Shown here one piece after another: positions 27,105 through 38,654 of a DNA stretch of 64,000 nucleotides. The stretch covers positions 4,994,219-5,058,218 of the forward strand of contig BFEA01000001.1 of assembly GCA_003427395.1 (NCBI GenBank), read 5' to 3'. A program made the translations under genes and the position numbers. Position 1 is the first letter of the stretch. Every line of letters starts with the position of its first letter. Under the pieces are notes generated by a model. The model saw nothing but the letters and a program-made list of their open reading frames with translations. It was not told the origin of the DNA and ran no database searches. This DNA is from Chara braunii (taxonomy: Eukaryota; Plantae; Charophyceae).

Positions 27105-28145
27105 ATTGACAACATTCTCAATCGACTATGAAAAACTTTTTGGCTTTTTCGAAGACTCTTAGGGAGGAAAGCTATATGACCTGCGATTGCTACAGCATAG
27201 CCTCCAAGGGGCACCGGGGATGTACCCAGACCGTACTCTCCTTGTTTATATCAGAATTCCGGCTAAGGGGGCTTGGGGGGGGGAAGGGGCAGGGAAATCT
27301 GAGGAGGGGCGCAGCGGGAAAGAAGCTTCAATGCGTGCCCAGTCCTTGAAAACAAATTGATAGTCCCTCATCCTTTCCAAACCCTGTTGGCTGTCTGGTC
27401 TATCCCCCTTCCATTCAATCTCTGCTATCCAACCTCCTCTCTCCCCTCTCAACCACTCGGAGCAGAAGGTCGTGCTTGCTCGCCTGACATCCCCCATCTG
27501 CTTGTATAGGTCCAGGTGGGGTTTTAGGGCAATCCACCTTCCTGTTAGGTTTAACTGTACTTGCTGCTGTAACTGCTCAATGATTTCTGCTCCTTGTACC
27601 CTCACCCTCTTCATGACAAGGAGGCACCTTTGCCACCAGAGTGCCCACAGGACCTGGGCCCTTCTTCCAAGCCTGTACACATTTTCCACAAAGGCAGTGG
27701 CTTCGGGTTGCGGGCAGCCAGTGTCCAGCCAGGATTGCCTGCCACGGCCAGGGGATGTCAGCCATCATTTTCCGCCACCATCTCCAGATGAACTGCGCGA
27801 TGGGGCATTGCATGAAGATGCGCTCAAACCACGAGTACTTCCGAAAGTATACGAATACAAGGGACGTACCTACGTAGGATTAAATTCTAGGTTAGTATAA
27901 ACATAGACTGGGGTAATTGAATGGCATAGCTTCTTAAAAACTTTTCGTCCTTTTTGGCAACTGGAGATCTGCACGGGATGGGCTGAAGACAGGCGTCTTC
28001 ACTGTTGGAGGTCCGTGGTTGGGGATGGGACTGGCCGGAAGTGCCTCTCCCAGCCTGGTTTGGCTACGGAATTCATGTGAGGGACGCCGGGCCTGCTTCC
28101 CGGTTTTATAATTCGATTTTCTCAATTAAAAAAAAAAAAAAAAAA
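27105..28145. mobile_element. LINE-C: 3' LINE fragment with an internal inversion
   Basis: 27105-27890 carries an ORF2 C-terminus on the minus strand (H..MQCPIAQFIW; LWALWWQRC); 27890-28145 is a plus-strand tail ending in poly(A) 28127-28145. Confidence 0.6.
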
Positions 28146-28249
28146 GAGAACCAATTTTAGGTTGCAACTTTCCTTAGGCAAGGGGGAAAAAAAGAAAAAA
28201 AGTATATAGTCAATATTAGTAATAATATCATGAATAGAACACAGCCAAC

Positions 28250-29216
28250 CCCTAGCTCCGTTGAGCTACTAGGTCAATGTTGGGCTTTCGACGATGTGTG
28301 ACTGTATGTGACAACAGAGATGCACGTCGTCCAAGTCATCTAGCGGTCCGTTTTTAATAAAAAAGGCAATAGAGACTATCTTTGCTTTTCCTTACAACAA
28401 AAAGCAGAAGTAAATCCTTTCTCTCGAATACTACTCCCCCTACCCTCGCTGAGCTAGCTGTCTCCTTTTTTCGAGACAGCTAGCTCAACGACCCTCTTGT
28501 TCCCCCAAAGGGCGTTTTTTTGAAGAAACTGTACGAGCCTCCTTCCGTTTGCCATTTTTGTACAAAAGGGATTCTGGCAACTCTTCATTTTCTGCTGTGC
28601 CAGAACAATTGTATTCATGCCATTTATAAATGCATTTCTCGTTTGAAATTGAATTAGAATGATTTTTTTCAGTTGTCGGACCGTTGAGCTGCCTCAGCTA
28701 AACGGTGCAAGTGAAAATTCATTCTAATTCAATTTCAAACGAGAAATGCATTTATAAATGGCATGAATACAACTGTTCTGGTTTTTCTTTTTTCACAATT
28801 GGAGTGGCATACGGGCACTTCCACAGCAGAAAATGAAGAGGTGCCCGAATCCCGCCCAAAAATGGCAAACGGAAGGAGGCTTGTACAGTTTCTCTTGAAA
28901 AACGCCTGTTGGGGGAACAAGAGGGTCGTTGAACTAGCTGTCTCAAAAAAAGGAGACAGCTAGTTCACCGGAAAGTGGCGAGGGTAGGGGTAGTAGTAGT
29001 ATGCGAGAGAAATGATTTATTTCTGTTTTTTGTTGTAAGAAAAACCGAAGATGGCCTCTATCGCCCTTTTTATTAAAAACGGACCGTTAGATGAATTGGA
29101 CGACGTGCATCTCCCTTGTCGCGTACAGTCACAGAGGCTCGAAAACCCCACGTTGACCTAGCTCGAGTCACACAGGCTCGAAAACCGCACGTTGACCTAG
29201 CTCAACGGAGCTAGTG
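28250..29216. mobile_element. ~970-bp foldback element with CACTA-like termini
   Basis: Nearly entire span palindromic about ~28693; ends CCCTAGCTCCGTTGAGCTA and TAGCTCAACGGAGCTAGTG; no TSD match; 39-bp duplication 29127-29204. Confidence 0.85.
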
Positions 29217-29309
29217 GGACAAGGTCCCAGGACGGGGCTGCAGAGTGAAGTTCTTTTTTTTGTTTTTTGTTTTTTGTTTTTTGTTTGACTGCGAATGCTA
29301 CATGCGTTT

Positions 29310-29311
29310 GA

Positions 29312-29346
<35 letters not shown>

Positions 29347-29447
29347 CATAGCGCCCCTGTCTGGAAGCAGGTGCGTGCGTGGACAGCGCACACCAGAGAG
29401 AGAGAGAGAGAGCATAGCTCCCATGTGCATGGACAACGCACACCACA

Positions 29448-29535
<88 letters not shown>

Positions 29536-29561
29536 NGAGAGAGAGAGAGAGAGAGAGAGAG
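29310..29561. repeat. (GT)n/(GA)n/(CA)n microsatellite cluster
   Basis: Dinucleotide runs seen directly. Confidence 0.95.
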
Positions 29562-29850
29562 TTACCTGACAGTTACAAGGCACACCTCGAATGGAGGGTA
29601 CCTTCTATTGGAAAATTTAACAGCTATTTCTAAGAACCCATTTTGAAGGTAAATTGAATACAAGGTAGTGCCCCTAAACAAGCCATGATTTCAGGACACG
29701 TACGGGCCACTACAGGAAAGCCTAAATTCATCCCACTAGAAATGTTTCTACTCTATGTCTTTCGGTGGCCTATAGCTGGGCCAAGTACGTACTGGTGGTT
29801 CAGTTGTCTCAGCCCTTCTGTGAGAGGGGAAGAGGTGCAGGCACCGCTGG

Positions 29851-29906
29851 CACCATGGTAGTTCTTTCTGCTCCAGGTCACCATGGTAGTTCTTTCTGCT
29901 CCAGGT
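29851..29906 (+). repeat. 28-bp perfect tandem duplication
   Basis: CACCATGGTAGTTCTTTCTGCTCCAGGT twice. Confidence 0.9.
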
Positions 29907-30119
29907 CAGTGTGATCCACCAGCCAGTCGTTTGTAGGCAGGCAGTGGTGGGCTATCTTCCACTGCAACGAGGTGATTTTAGCCGGTTTTGGCCTTTGGCC
30001 CCTGGAAACATCGCATTTGGCCTTCCGGTCCTCCAACTGTCGGTGCAAGCTGGCCGCGATCTACATAGCCTACCTGTCATTATCAACTCTTCCTTTTGTT
30101 TCTTTTTCGGTAAATCCCC

Positions 30120-30150
<31 letters not shown>

Positions 30151-31639
30151 CCCTTTTTTTTTTAATCCCTACAGCATCAGCCGGTTTAGCTTATACCAAC
30201 TTCTGTCTTGTTGAAACATCATCCCACTACTGGGGCATGGTCCCACTAGCAACGGGATAGGATAGAAAAGAGTTTGTGTGGCAGTTGAGTGACCCAAATC
30301 CTGCCGTGCAGTAGCCGTGATCCCACGGTCAGTGTTTTACATGTATTACCCGAAAAGTAAGGAGATCTTCGTTCCCCTCCTCCTCTCCTTAACAATGGGC
30401 ATGCCGGTGCAAAGGAAGCTTTCCGCCAAAATCTTTTCAATCCGTTGGGGGCATGGCCAACCCCAAAAAAAAGCGGGTCGGCCATAGGCCGTGGTTTAAA
30501 TCCTCTCCTCTTACTTACTCCATTATCTCTCCCTACCTGTTTATATCCCCTCCTCTTTTTTTCTTTTTTTTTCCTTAAATCACCTCCTCCTTTTTTTTTC
30601 TTTTTTCTTTTTTTCTTTTTTTTGTTGTGATCACAACTGTCTATATTCTTCTCTCAACTTCTATTTGTTTACCTTCCACTACCTACTCCTAAGACTATCT
30701 AGAGGGGACCCCTGCAAGCATAGTTTTCCTCTCTCTGTGAAGGGGAGATTTGATGTTGCCCCTTGCCCCTCCCCCTCCCGCCTTCGGCATCATGTATATT
30801 CATCGACTAAAATAATAAAAATGATCGATTGTTGTCGCGGGCGGGTGGGTCACGTAACTAAACGGAGGGAAGAAGTGGTGAAAAAACAAAACAAAACGGC
30901 CTTGAATGAACGTGATGCGTTCTGAAGTTCCGTAAGCGCCATAACTGAGGGTGAAACGAAGAACCCATAGCGTCTCGCTCCACTACTCTCGAAATGTGAA
31001 AAGGTCAAAAATGTGGCTCGTGCATCTGGCCATGTTCTAGCGGGAAGTTCATTCTCCTTTTGCACATTTCGAGAGTGCTGTGGCTGTGCCCATAGTCATG
31101 GAGGGGAAGATTAAGGGATGAAGGGGGAAATCGGGAACTGGCAGTTGAGATGCGCTGTCGGTGCCATGAAATGGCGGGAACAGGAGAAGGAGTCAGATAG
31201 CGGTTCGTAATGAGAGCAGAGAGGAGAGGGCTGGCTAACTGATAGTGTCTGGTCAAAGACAAAAGAAGGGAGGGGGGGGGGGGGGGGGTGTGAGAGTCTG
31301 TACAGCATCTCGAATGGCAGTTCTGGATACGCTCAACGAGTGTGGGAACCAGTCGCTGTAGCATTCAATTAAATTAGCACAAAAAGCAACAATGGACGTC
31401 GATCAGCTGCTTAGAAAGCCATCAAATCAACCAACTAGAGGACATGATGGAGTAATGCCTGAGCTCTCTATCTGACTTTCGATCCGACCATCTATATCAA
31501 TTCGATATCGATCTATCGACTTAATCAATATATATCCAATCAAGCTATGTAATCTATCCATTAAATCAATCAATTGAATGAATCAGTCATCTTGTCAACA
31601 TATCTAATGACTCTATGTGATCAGTCCTTCTAATGCATG

Positions 31640-31641
31640 TC

Positions 31642-31711
<70 letters not shown>

Positions 31712-31788
31712 GCGTATGCCTCTCTGTTTACTTTTGTCTTTCAGTTGGTGGGTTAATCTGTCAGTTTCTATCTATCTATCTATCTATC

Positions 31789-31822
<34 letters not shown>

Positions 31823-31854
31823 GCTATGCTATGCTATGCTATGCTTATGCTATG

Positions 31855-31894
<40 letters not shown>

Positions 31895-32597
31895 GCTATG
31901 CTATGCTATGCTATGCTATGCTATCTATGTACTTATCTGTCTGTCGGTTGGTGGGTTGGTTCTTCTGTTGGATGCCCGTTTGGTCCGTTGGCTGGGCAGC
32001 CGAGCTGGCCGGTCACTCGCCCGATTGTTTGGTCAGTCGAGCGCCCGAGGGCCGAGGCAGCTGGGTCGGTCGGTGGGTCGGCCGGCCAGGCGGTACACCG
32101 GTTGATTGATTGCTCGGGCGCTACCCTTCTTCACCCGAATATAACGTACGGTCATTATAGCTGTATTTGGGGTATCCTTCAGTTTAAATACGGCAACAAT
32201 GACCGTACGTTGTATTCGGGTGAAGAAGGTTGGTCAGTCAGTCTGTTCATTGGCGGGCGGGTCGGTTGGCCATTGCGTGGGTAGGTCCATTGGTCTACCC
32301 GCCAGTCAGCCTGGCATCCTGGTTGGGCAGGCAAAGGCGGTTTACTTGTGCGCCTACCGGCCTGTCCACCTGCCCATGTGTCCGCCTCTCTGCCTGCTGT
32401 CTATCCTGCTGGCCAGCTCAGTCCATCAGCCGGTGAGTCGTGTCCATGTCTCCATTTGTTGCGTGGTCAGGTGATCTTTCCTTCCGTCCATCGGTCCATG
32501 AGTTGGTCGTTCACTTCGCCCATCAATTGACCTCTTTGCCACTCGGTTCGCCCGTGCAGCAGCTGTACGTCCTCCTGCCTATCTATGCTATGCTATG

Positions 32598-32637
<40 letters not shown>

Positions 32638-32706
32638 TTACCTATCTATCTATCCTTCGATCGATCGGTCGATCAATCAATCTATCTACCTATCTATCTA
32701 TCTATC

Positions 32707-32749
<43 letters not shown>

Positions 32750-32880
32750 CCCACACCATCTGTTTGGCATTCTGTCCATCTGGCAGTTTCCCAATCCGGT
32801 CGCTCGCAAGTCAGCCCATCTGTCCGTCAGTCCTTCAGTCCGTCAGTCCGTCTGTCAGCCAGTCCATCCATCCATCTGCC
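31640..32880. repeat. (CTAT)n/(CTATG)n microsatellites with degenerate GGTC/GTCC tetranucleotide tracts
   Basis: Runs at 31643-31926 and 32578-32748. Confidence 0.93.
32125..32229. other. 105-bp hairpin (mini-MITE or pre-miRNA-like)
   Basis: 44-bp arms CCTTCTTCACCCGAATATAACGTACGGTCATTATAGCTGTATTT and its near complement around a ~17-nt loop. Confidence 0.8.
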
Positions 32881-33334
32881 GTTCCTTCGGCTTAGGTTAT
32901 AGTTCTCCAGGTTGAGGGTTCAGATCCCTTTTTCCGGTCGTCAGCTAAAGCGAAGGGCTCGTACAGAGTTGTAAGCAAACCACAGCAGTGTGAACCTGGT
33001 AACTGGGTTATATGCACCTACAACTCATGACACAGGCCAAGAGTTCAAGTCCCGTCAAAGTTATAGCGTGACGAGGTGGCCCGCGTTTTGTTTTTGGCCT
33101 GGGAGGAAAAAAAGAAGCTAAACATTGATAGGCTGGAGCTAAGGGACATATATCTATATATCTATATATATATCTATATATAGATATATCTTCATCTGGG
33201 GTGTATAATGTCATTAAGAATTGCTCATTGGTAATCTATGTCTGCTGGGATCTCCAGTGATAATCAATTGGAAGCCTACCGTAGCCTAAAACTTTCTTGA
33301 TGGTGCATCATTCATGATGTTGGATGTTTACATT

Positions 33335-33442
33335 GGGCCTTGCTCCCCTACCTAACACTCTACACATTTTGAATGCATGCGGTCCAGAAAGCGTCCAAAT
33401 GTATGTAGAGTGTTGCATAGTGGAGCGAGTGGAGCGAGGCCC
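33335..33442. mobile_element. PIF/Harbinger (Tourist)-like MITE; monomer of the 11.6-12.9 kb array
   Basis: TIR GGGCCTTGCTCC / GGAGCGAGGCCC; 3-bp TSD ATT (33332-33334, 33443-33445); internal AGAAAGCGTCCAAATGTATGTAGAGTGTTG. Confidence 0.75.
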
Positions 33443-33451
33443 ATTGTTTAG

Positions 33452-33575
33452 CCTTTCAAGCAATCCCTGATGGAAAGGGGAACCCCCCAAAAACGAAGGA
33501 AAAGAAGCGAATAGAAGCAGCCAAGCCAATTGGTCCCGAATTGGAGGCCAAGAGCTCAATCAACACCAATGGGCT
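33452..33575 (+). CDS. Possible upstream exon of the CML-like gene
   Basis: TTTAG acceptor, GTAAG donor, open frame FQAIPDGKGNPPKTKEKKRIEAAKPIGPELEAKSSINTNG; LEAK recalls the CML21 N-terminus; weak. Confidence 0.25.
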
Positions 33576-36301
33576 GTAAGCTTAAGCTGCTTGACTTAAG
33601 GGGAGGGAGAGGGACTTTCATTTACCCATATGCGGGCAATTTGAAGATGAAGATAATCACTAACATACACAGGGAAAGGTTCATTAGCCCCTGTGCGCAT
33701 CAGCACCTACCTTTGTGATAAGAAGTTACTTGCACTTGGTTTTATATGCCCTGCTCTCTGTGACGCATTTGTGAATGATACCGCCGGTCCTGCCATTGCC
33801 TCAGAATGCTCCTTCCCTCCCTCCTTCCCTCCCTCCCTCCCTCCCTTCCTCCCTCCCTCCCTCNNNNNNNNNNNNNNNNNNNNNNNNNNNNNNNNNNNNN
33901 NNNNNNNNNNNNNNNNNNNNNNNNNNNNNNNNNNNNNNNNNNNNNNNNNNNNNNNNNNNNNNNNNNNNNNNNNNNNNNNNNNNNNNNNNNNNNNNNNNNN
34001 NNNNNNNNNNNNNNNNNNNNNNNNNNNNNNNNNNNNNNNNNNNNNNNNNNNNNNNNNNNNNNNNNNNNNNNNNNNNNNNNNNNNNNNNNNNNNNNNNNNN
34101 NNNNNNNNNNNNNNNNNNNNNNNNNNNNNNNNNNNNNNNNNNNNNNNNNNNNNNNNNNNNNNNNNNNNNNNNNNNNNNNNNNNNNNNNNNNNNNNNNNNN
34201 NNNNNNNNNNNNNNNNNNNNNNNNNNNNNNNNNNNNNNNNNNNNNNNNNNNNNNNNNNNNNNNNNNNNNNNNNNNNNNNNNNNNNNNNNNNNNNNNNNNN
34301 NNNNNNNNNNNNNNNNNNNNNNNNNNNNNNNNNNNNNNNNNNNNNNNNNNNNNNNNNNNNNNNNNNNNNNNNNNNNNNNNNNNNNNNNNNNNNNNNNNNN
34401 NNNNNNNNNNNNNNNNNNNNNNNNNNNNNNNNNNNNNNNNNNNNNNNNNNNNNNNNNNNNNNNNNNNNNNNNNNNNNNNNNNNNNNNNNNNNNNNNNNNN
34501 NNNNNNNNNNNNNNNNNNNNNNNNNNNNNNNNNNNNNNNNNNNNNNNNNNNNNNNNNNNNNNNNNNNNNNNNNNNNNNNNNNNNNNNNNNNNNNNNNNNN
34601 NNNNNNNNNNNNNNNNNNNNNNNNNNNNNNNNNNNNNNNNNNNNNNNNNNNNNNNNNNNNNNNNNNNNNNNNNNNNNNNNNNNNNNNNNNNNNNNNNNNN
34701 NNNNNNNNNNNNNNNNNNNNNNNNNNNNNNNNNNNNNNNNNNNNNNNNNNNNNNNNNNNNNNNNNNNNNNNNNNNNNNNNNNNNNNNNNNNNNNNNNNNN
34801 NNNNNNNNNNNNNNNNNNNNNCTTCTTGGGGGGCTGCAGTCTGGTTGCTTATTACCGGCAAGCAAAAGAGGGGGAAGAGAAAGGAAAGGCTTTCCCACAC
34901 TTGGCACAAGACGCCAAACGCGGTGGGCGTCATTGGAGGATGTAGGGTGGCAGCCTCAGTTTTGTATGGCTATACCCCTCTAGCTGGAAGACACTCAGGC
35001 TACCCAGTTGCTCAGACGGCAAAACCCAACAAAACCCCGCTCCTCCATTTACTAGTGACGTTCAGTCAGCCTCCTATGTTGCCGCTTCACATGCAGCGGC
35101 CACACAGTTTAACACACAGCTACACATTCCCCCCACATATCCCGTGCTCAGAGTGTACCTACCCCAACCATGCTTTTGCATCTCCTTCCATTGCAATGCA
35201 GGCAAAGACTACCGCATCCTGCGGATTTCTCTCTATAAACATGAATGTTTGGACCTCCGCTATCCAGACATCTAGATCCTCATCCTTCTTACCACGATAT
35301 GGGTCCGGGAGCTTGGCCGCAGGCTGCTATTGTTCTGTAGAATGACGAATCAAAGAACCACTTGAAAGTCCTAGCCGTTGACTATACCTTACTTAGCTGC
35401 TTGCATGTTCCCTACATTATTAGTGCCTCCCCGGAGTCTGATCAGAACAACGCTCTGAGTAGGCCCAGGTTGTTGCCACATCTCATTTCAACACTCACCA
35501 CCTTGTTTACGTATGCTTGTTGATTTCAACCGTCGTTGTAGATTTAATATAAACTCAGATCTTACGCGAAAACTTCCTCCTCCTCCTTCTCTCCTCCTCT
35601 CCTCCTCCTCTCCCCCTCCTCCTCCTCCTCCACCTCCTCCTCCTCCTCTGGTAATGGAGTTAACCACCCTGAACTTTCCTCTTCTTCTTCTTCAATGAAG
35701 TTGCTGTGCTGGTCATTGTCTTCTTCCCTTCCAGCTTACATGGTGCGCACCACGTGAGAATGGGAGAGGTCCTTGGGAGAGGGGAGAGATGTGGGGGAAG
35801 GATGGCCTGGTTGGTCTTCGTTGGCATGGGAGCCCCACCGATACACATTTTTTGCATGGACAAGGTTCGGAGGAGCAGCTTTGTGCTGCGCCGCATTGAC
35901 GACGAGCGACAAACGAGTGGAGAAGGATAGTGTAGGCTAGTAGTAGAGTAGGGCAAGGTTGTCTCGCATTGGCTGGTCTATGGAGGAACACACCGGCATT
36001 GTTTTTGGGCTTCGTTATCGTTGTTGTTGTTGGTAGGTGGAGTAGCGAAGCGGGTTGTTTGCTCATCCAAAGACTTCAACGATGTCAATGTTTTCTCTGT
36101 TGGTTGTGCTCAATGCTCATCCCGTTGTCCCTGAGTCCATGCTGGTTGATGAGAGTAGTTGGTGCTTGTGATTTGAGTTTCATCTGGACACCCTACGAAG
36201 CCTGCTTTAGATTAAATAAATGCTGAAATGAATAAAACATCCAACGGCTCAACAACTCGAAGGATTGTTTGAAGGATTGCTGCTTCCACGTCTCTTTTTA
36301 A

Positions 36302-36543
36302 ACCACCAGTAGATCTGGAGAATCCGAATGAGCCTCTCGGAAAAGTTAGGGGACTCCGGATAGGGCCTGCCAGGGGGCATGCATATTTTTTCTGTGTTTT
36401 CAGGGCCGGGCCAAGTGCCACCCCACGGCATGGGACAATTTCTTTTCTCTACTGGCCTTTCGGATGCCCTGTCCCGAGGCTCTTGACATTTTAGGAGAGG
36501 CTCAATGGGATTCTCAACTTGGCTGGGGCCATGCACCGGTGGT
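36302..36543. mobile_element. TTAA-flanked MITE (same termini as the 22 kb family)
   Basis: TTAA-ACCACCAGTAGAT ... ATGCACCGGTGGT-TTAA. Confidence 0.72.
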
Positions 36544-36559
36544 TTAACCCTTTCTTGGT

Positions 36560-36816
36560 TGCATGCTAAATCTGGCTGGTTTGGGCCCGGTAAACAAACT
36601 TGAGAGGAAAGGAAGAGGGATGGAAAGCTGACAGTCAATCCGCCAGATTTCTGGAGCAATCATGAGGGATTTCTGTTGCATTTAAGGAATCGTGAGGGTG
36701 TTCTTGCTGTAATTTTGACTTGGCGGTGGAATAGGAACCACACTGATGCTCCCCAGAATGGATATGGAGCCGCGACCATAAGGACCTGTTTTATCAAAAA
36801 AAAAAAGAAAAAAAAA
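36560..36816 (+). mobile_element. 5'-truncated LINE 3' tail related to LINE-D and LINE-E
   Basis: Conserved terminal motif 36716-36795, poly(A) 36796-36816; 36625-36665 also aligns with the LINE-E 3' UTR near 53315-53355; left boundary approximate. Confidence 0.8.
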
Positions 36817-37019
36817 GGAGTACAATCATACTACAATGTGCTTGTGATTTGAGTTTCATCTTCACACCACACTTGCGCTTACATTAACTGAACTATACCT
36901 TTTTTTGTGAAAATGAAAACACAAGAATCATTTTCAATTTTGCAAATTTGCACTTGTTTGGCTGAATGAGATACTTAGTGATACTGAAGTCCTTGAATGC
37001 ATACAACAAATGATTGCAG

Positions 37020-37271
37020 ACACCAACTGCGATGGCGCAATCACGGTGGACGAGCTTCGACACTGTCTGAAGCATTTGCAGATCGAAATCCCGGAAACCG
37101 AACTGCCCAAATATCTCCGAGTGGCACGATTGACAAACGATCAATGCATCTCATTCAAAGAGTTCCTTGTCATTCTTACGGTGGTCCTTGTACTCAGCCG
37201 CCGCCAAAATGTGGACTCTGTTGCTGCAGACTCTGTATCATCATCCAACAATCCCAGCGCGAGGCTCATCA
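37020..37271 (+). CDS. Internal exon of a calmodulin-like EF-hand protein (CML21/CML22-like)
   Basis: TTGCAG acceptor, GTGAGC donor, 252 nt, phase 1-1; DTNCDGAITVDELRHCLKHLQIEIPETEL...ISFKEFLVILTVVLVL parallels CML21 DEDSNGSIDHTELKNCIRKLEISF...ITFTEFIVLLCLVYLL (recalled); first EF loop canonical, second degenerate. Confidence 0.85.
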
Positions 37272-37286
37272 GTGAGCACGATGACT

Positions 37287-37456
37287 GTTTTTTTTCTTTT
37301 TCTTTACAAGGGCAACAACTTTGAGATGTCATTATTCAAGTGGCTGGCCCAGGTTTATGCAAAATTATCTTATTCTGCTGGTCTGGTTGCTCATGGATTC
37401 GAACCCAGGTCTGTATTTCAACACTCCATCGCCGTACCAACGGAGGCCAGCTGGTG
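37287..37456 (-). mobile_element. Short tRNA-derived SINE in intron
   Basis: Minus strand TGGCCTCCGTTGG (A box-like) and GGGTTCGAATCC (B box); T-rich tail 37288-37304; decayed TSD GTGAGCACGATGACT vs GTTAGCACTATCACT (12/15). Confidence 0.7.
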
Positions 37457-37625
37457 GTTAGCACTATCACTAACTGTGAGCAGACAGTTCTTCTTCCTCT
37501 GCCTGCCAATCTGGCTGCTGCTTGATATTTATAATATTATGAATCTTGAACTTCGAAGTAAATCATTCTTTGCTTTCGTCTGACCTTGATCTTTCCTGTC
37601 ACAGAGGCACGTCTGTGCATTGCAT

Positions 37626-37802
37626 ACATTATTTCTTATACGAGTTCGGCGAACAGAAAGAGGAGCAAAGGGCTATGTATAATCACTCACGCTCGTGGAC
37701 ATGAGGACTTAACATTATTTCCCATACGAGTTCCGTGAGCAGAAAGAGGCGCAAAGGGCTATGTATAATCACTCACGCTCGTGGACATGAGGACTTAACA
37801 TT
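37626..37802 (+). repeat. 86-bp tandem duplication
   Basis: Units start at 37626 and 37712, near identical. Confidence 0.9.
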
Positions 37803-38272
37803 TTCTGTGAAATGTCATGCGTCGTGTGACGTGTATCTGGATTGCAGGGGAAAAAAGGAGGCAGGAAGGTCGATGTGCAAGCGCTCGCCAGTCGGTGCTT
37901 GCCTTGAGTCCCTTATGTCTCCACACTCCTTATCGCTTGCATGTCTACTGTGTACATCCTTGCCATCCTTTCATTGCATGTCCCTTGTGTAGCAAAGGCC
38001 TGAACTTGAAGTGTCTCCATGACTGTGGACAGCATGCCTCTGTGTTCTTACTTAGCATGAGGAAGGAATGCTGTTTGTGACACCTGTTTGCGGCATGTCG
38101 TTTCAATGTGATGCTTTCTCATGGCTCACCCAAAGCATTCATTTCATGTCCTATTTGTGGTCGTGGTCATATGCCTTAAGACCCATGCATTACGCACTGC
38201 AACCTGTCAGCCACCATTGTCTCTTATGCCAGCCTGTTATGCATGTGTGTTGTGAGTCCTTTTCCTATCCCT

Positions 38273-38345
<73 letters not shown>

Positions 38346-38375
38346 NNNNNNNNNNNNNNNNNNNNNNNNNNNNNN

Positions 38376-38420
<45 letters not shown>

Positions 38421-38581
38421 CAAAATGAACGCACACACAGACACACACAACGACAAGGAGGAAGAGAACACGGATGATGAGGATGGGCAGATGAAGGATG
38501 GTGGTGGGGGAGATTGCACATGGGTATGTTACCTGTGAGGCCTGCCGCTCCCGAGTTCTGAGGGAAGCCCCATACTACACG

Positions 38582-38654
38582 CGTGGGATAGAGTAATTGG
38601 TAACTCATCAGGCTCATAATCTGAATGTTCTAGGTTCAAATCTTACTCCCGCCA
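38582..38654 (+). tRNA. trnfM: Mitochondrial-type tRNA-fMet(CAU), probably a NUMT pseudogene
   Basis: Cloverleaf with CAT anticodon 38615-38617; GAGTAATTGGTAACTCATCAGGCTCATAA resembles streptophyte mitochondrial trnfM; mismatches in T stem and acceptor stem. Confidence 0.8.

Larger units (their letters stand above)
22074..29799. mobile_element. 7.7-kb composite TIR element with ~135-bp TIRs and nested insertions
   Basis: 22074-22205 (ACCACCAGTACTTGGCCCA...TAGAAACATCTCTAG...ATGAATTTGGGC..CCTGTAGTGACCCGTA...AAATCGTGGCTTGTT) is inverted at ~29660-29799; left flank TTAA, right flank TCAG. Confidence 0.75.

Noticed and set aside
36740-36790. Hammerhead reading of the LINE 3' motif (CTGATG plus stem)
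   Set aside because: No GAAA after the stem, and CTGA is not conserved in the 53 kb copy.
36162-36861. 24-bp direct repeat GTGCTTGTGATTTGAGTTTCATCT as TSD of the LINE tail
   Set aside because: Right copy is ~20 bp from the poly(A) and similarity extends further, so it looks like an older local duplication.
6379-38617. ORFs of CVCV, HTHT, LSLS, ERER or IYLS repeats
   Set aside because: Translations of microsatellites.
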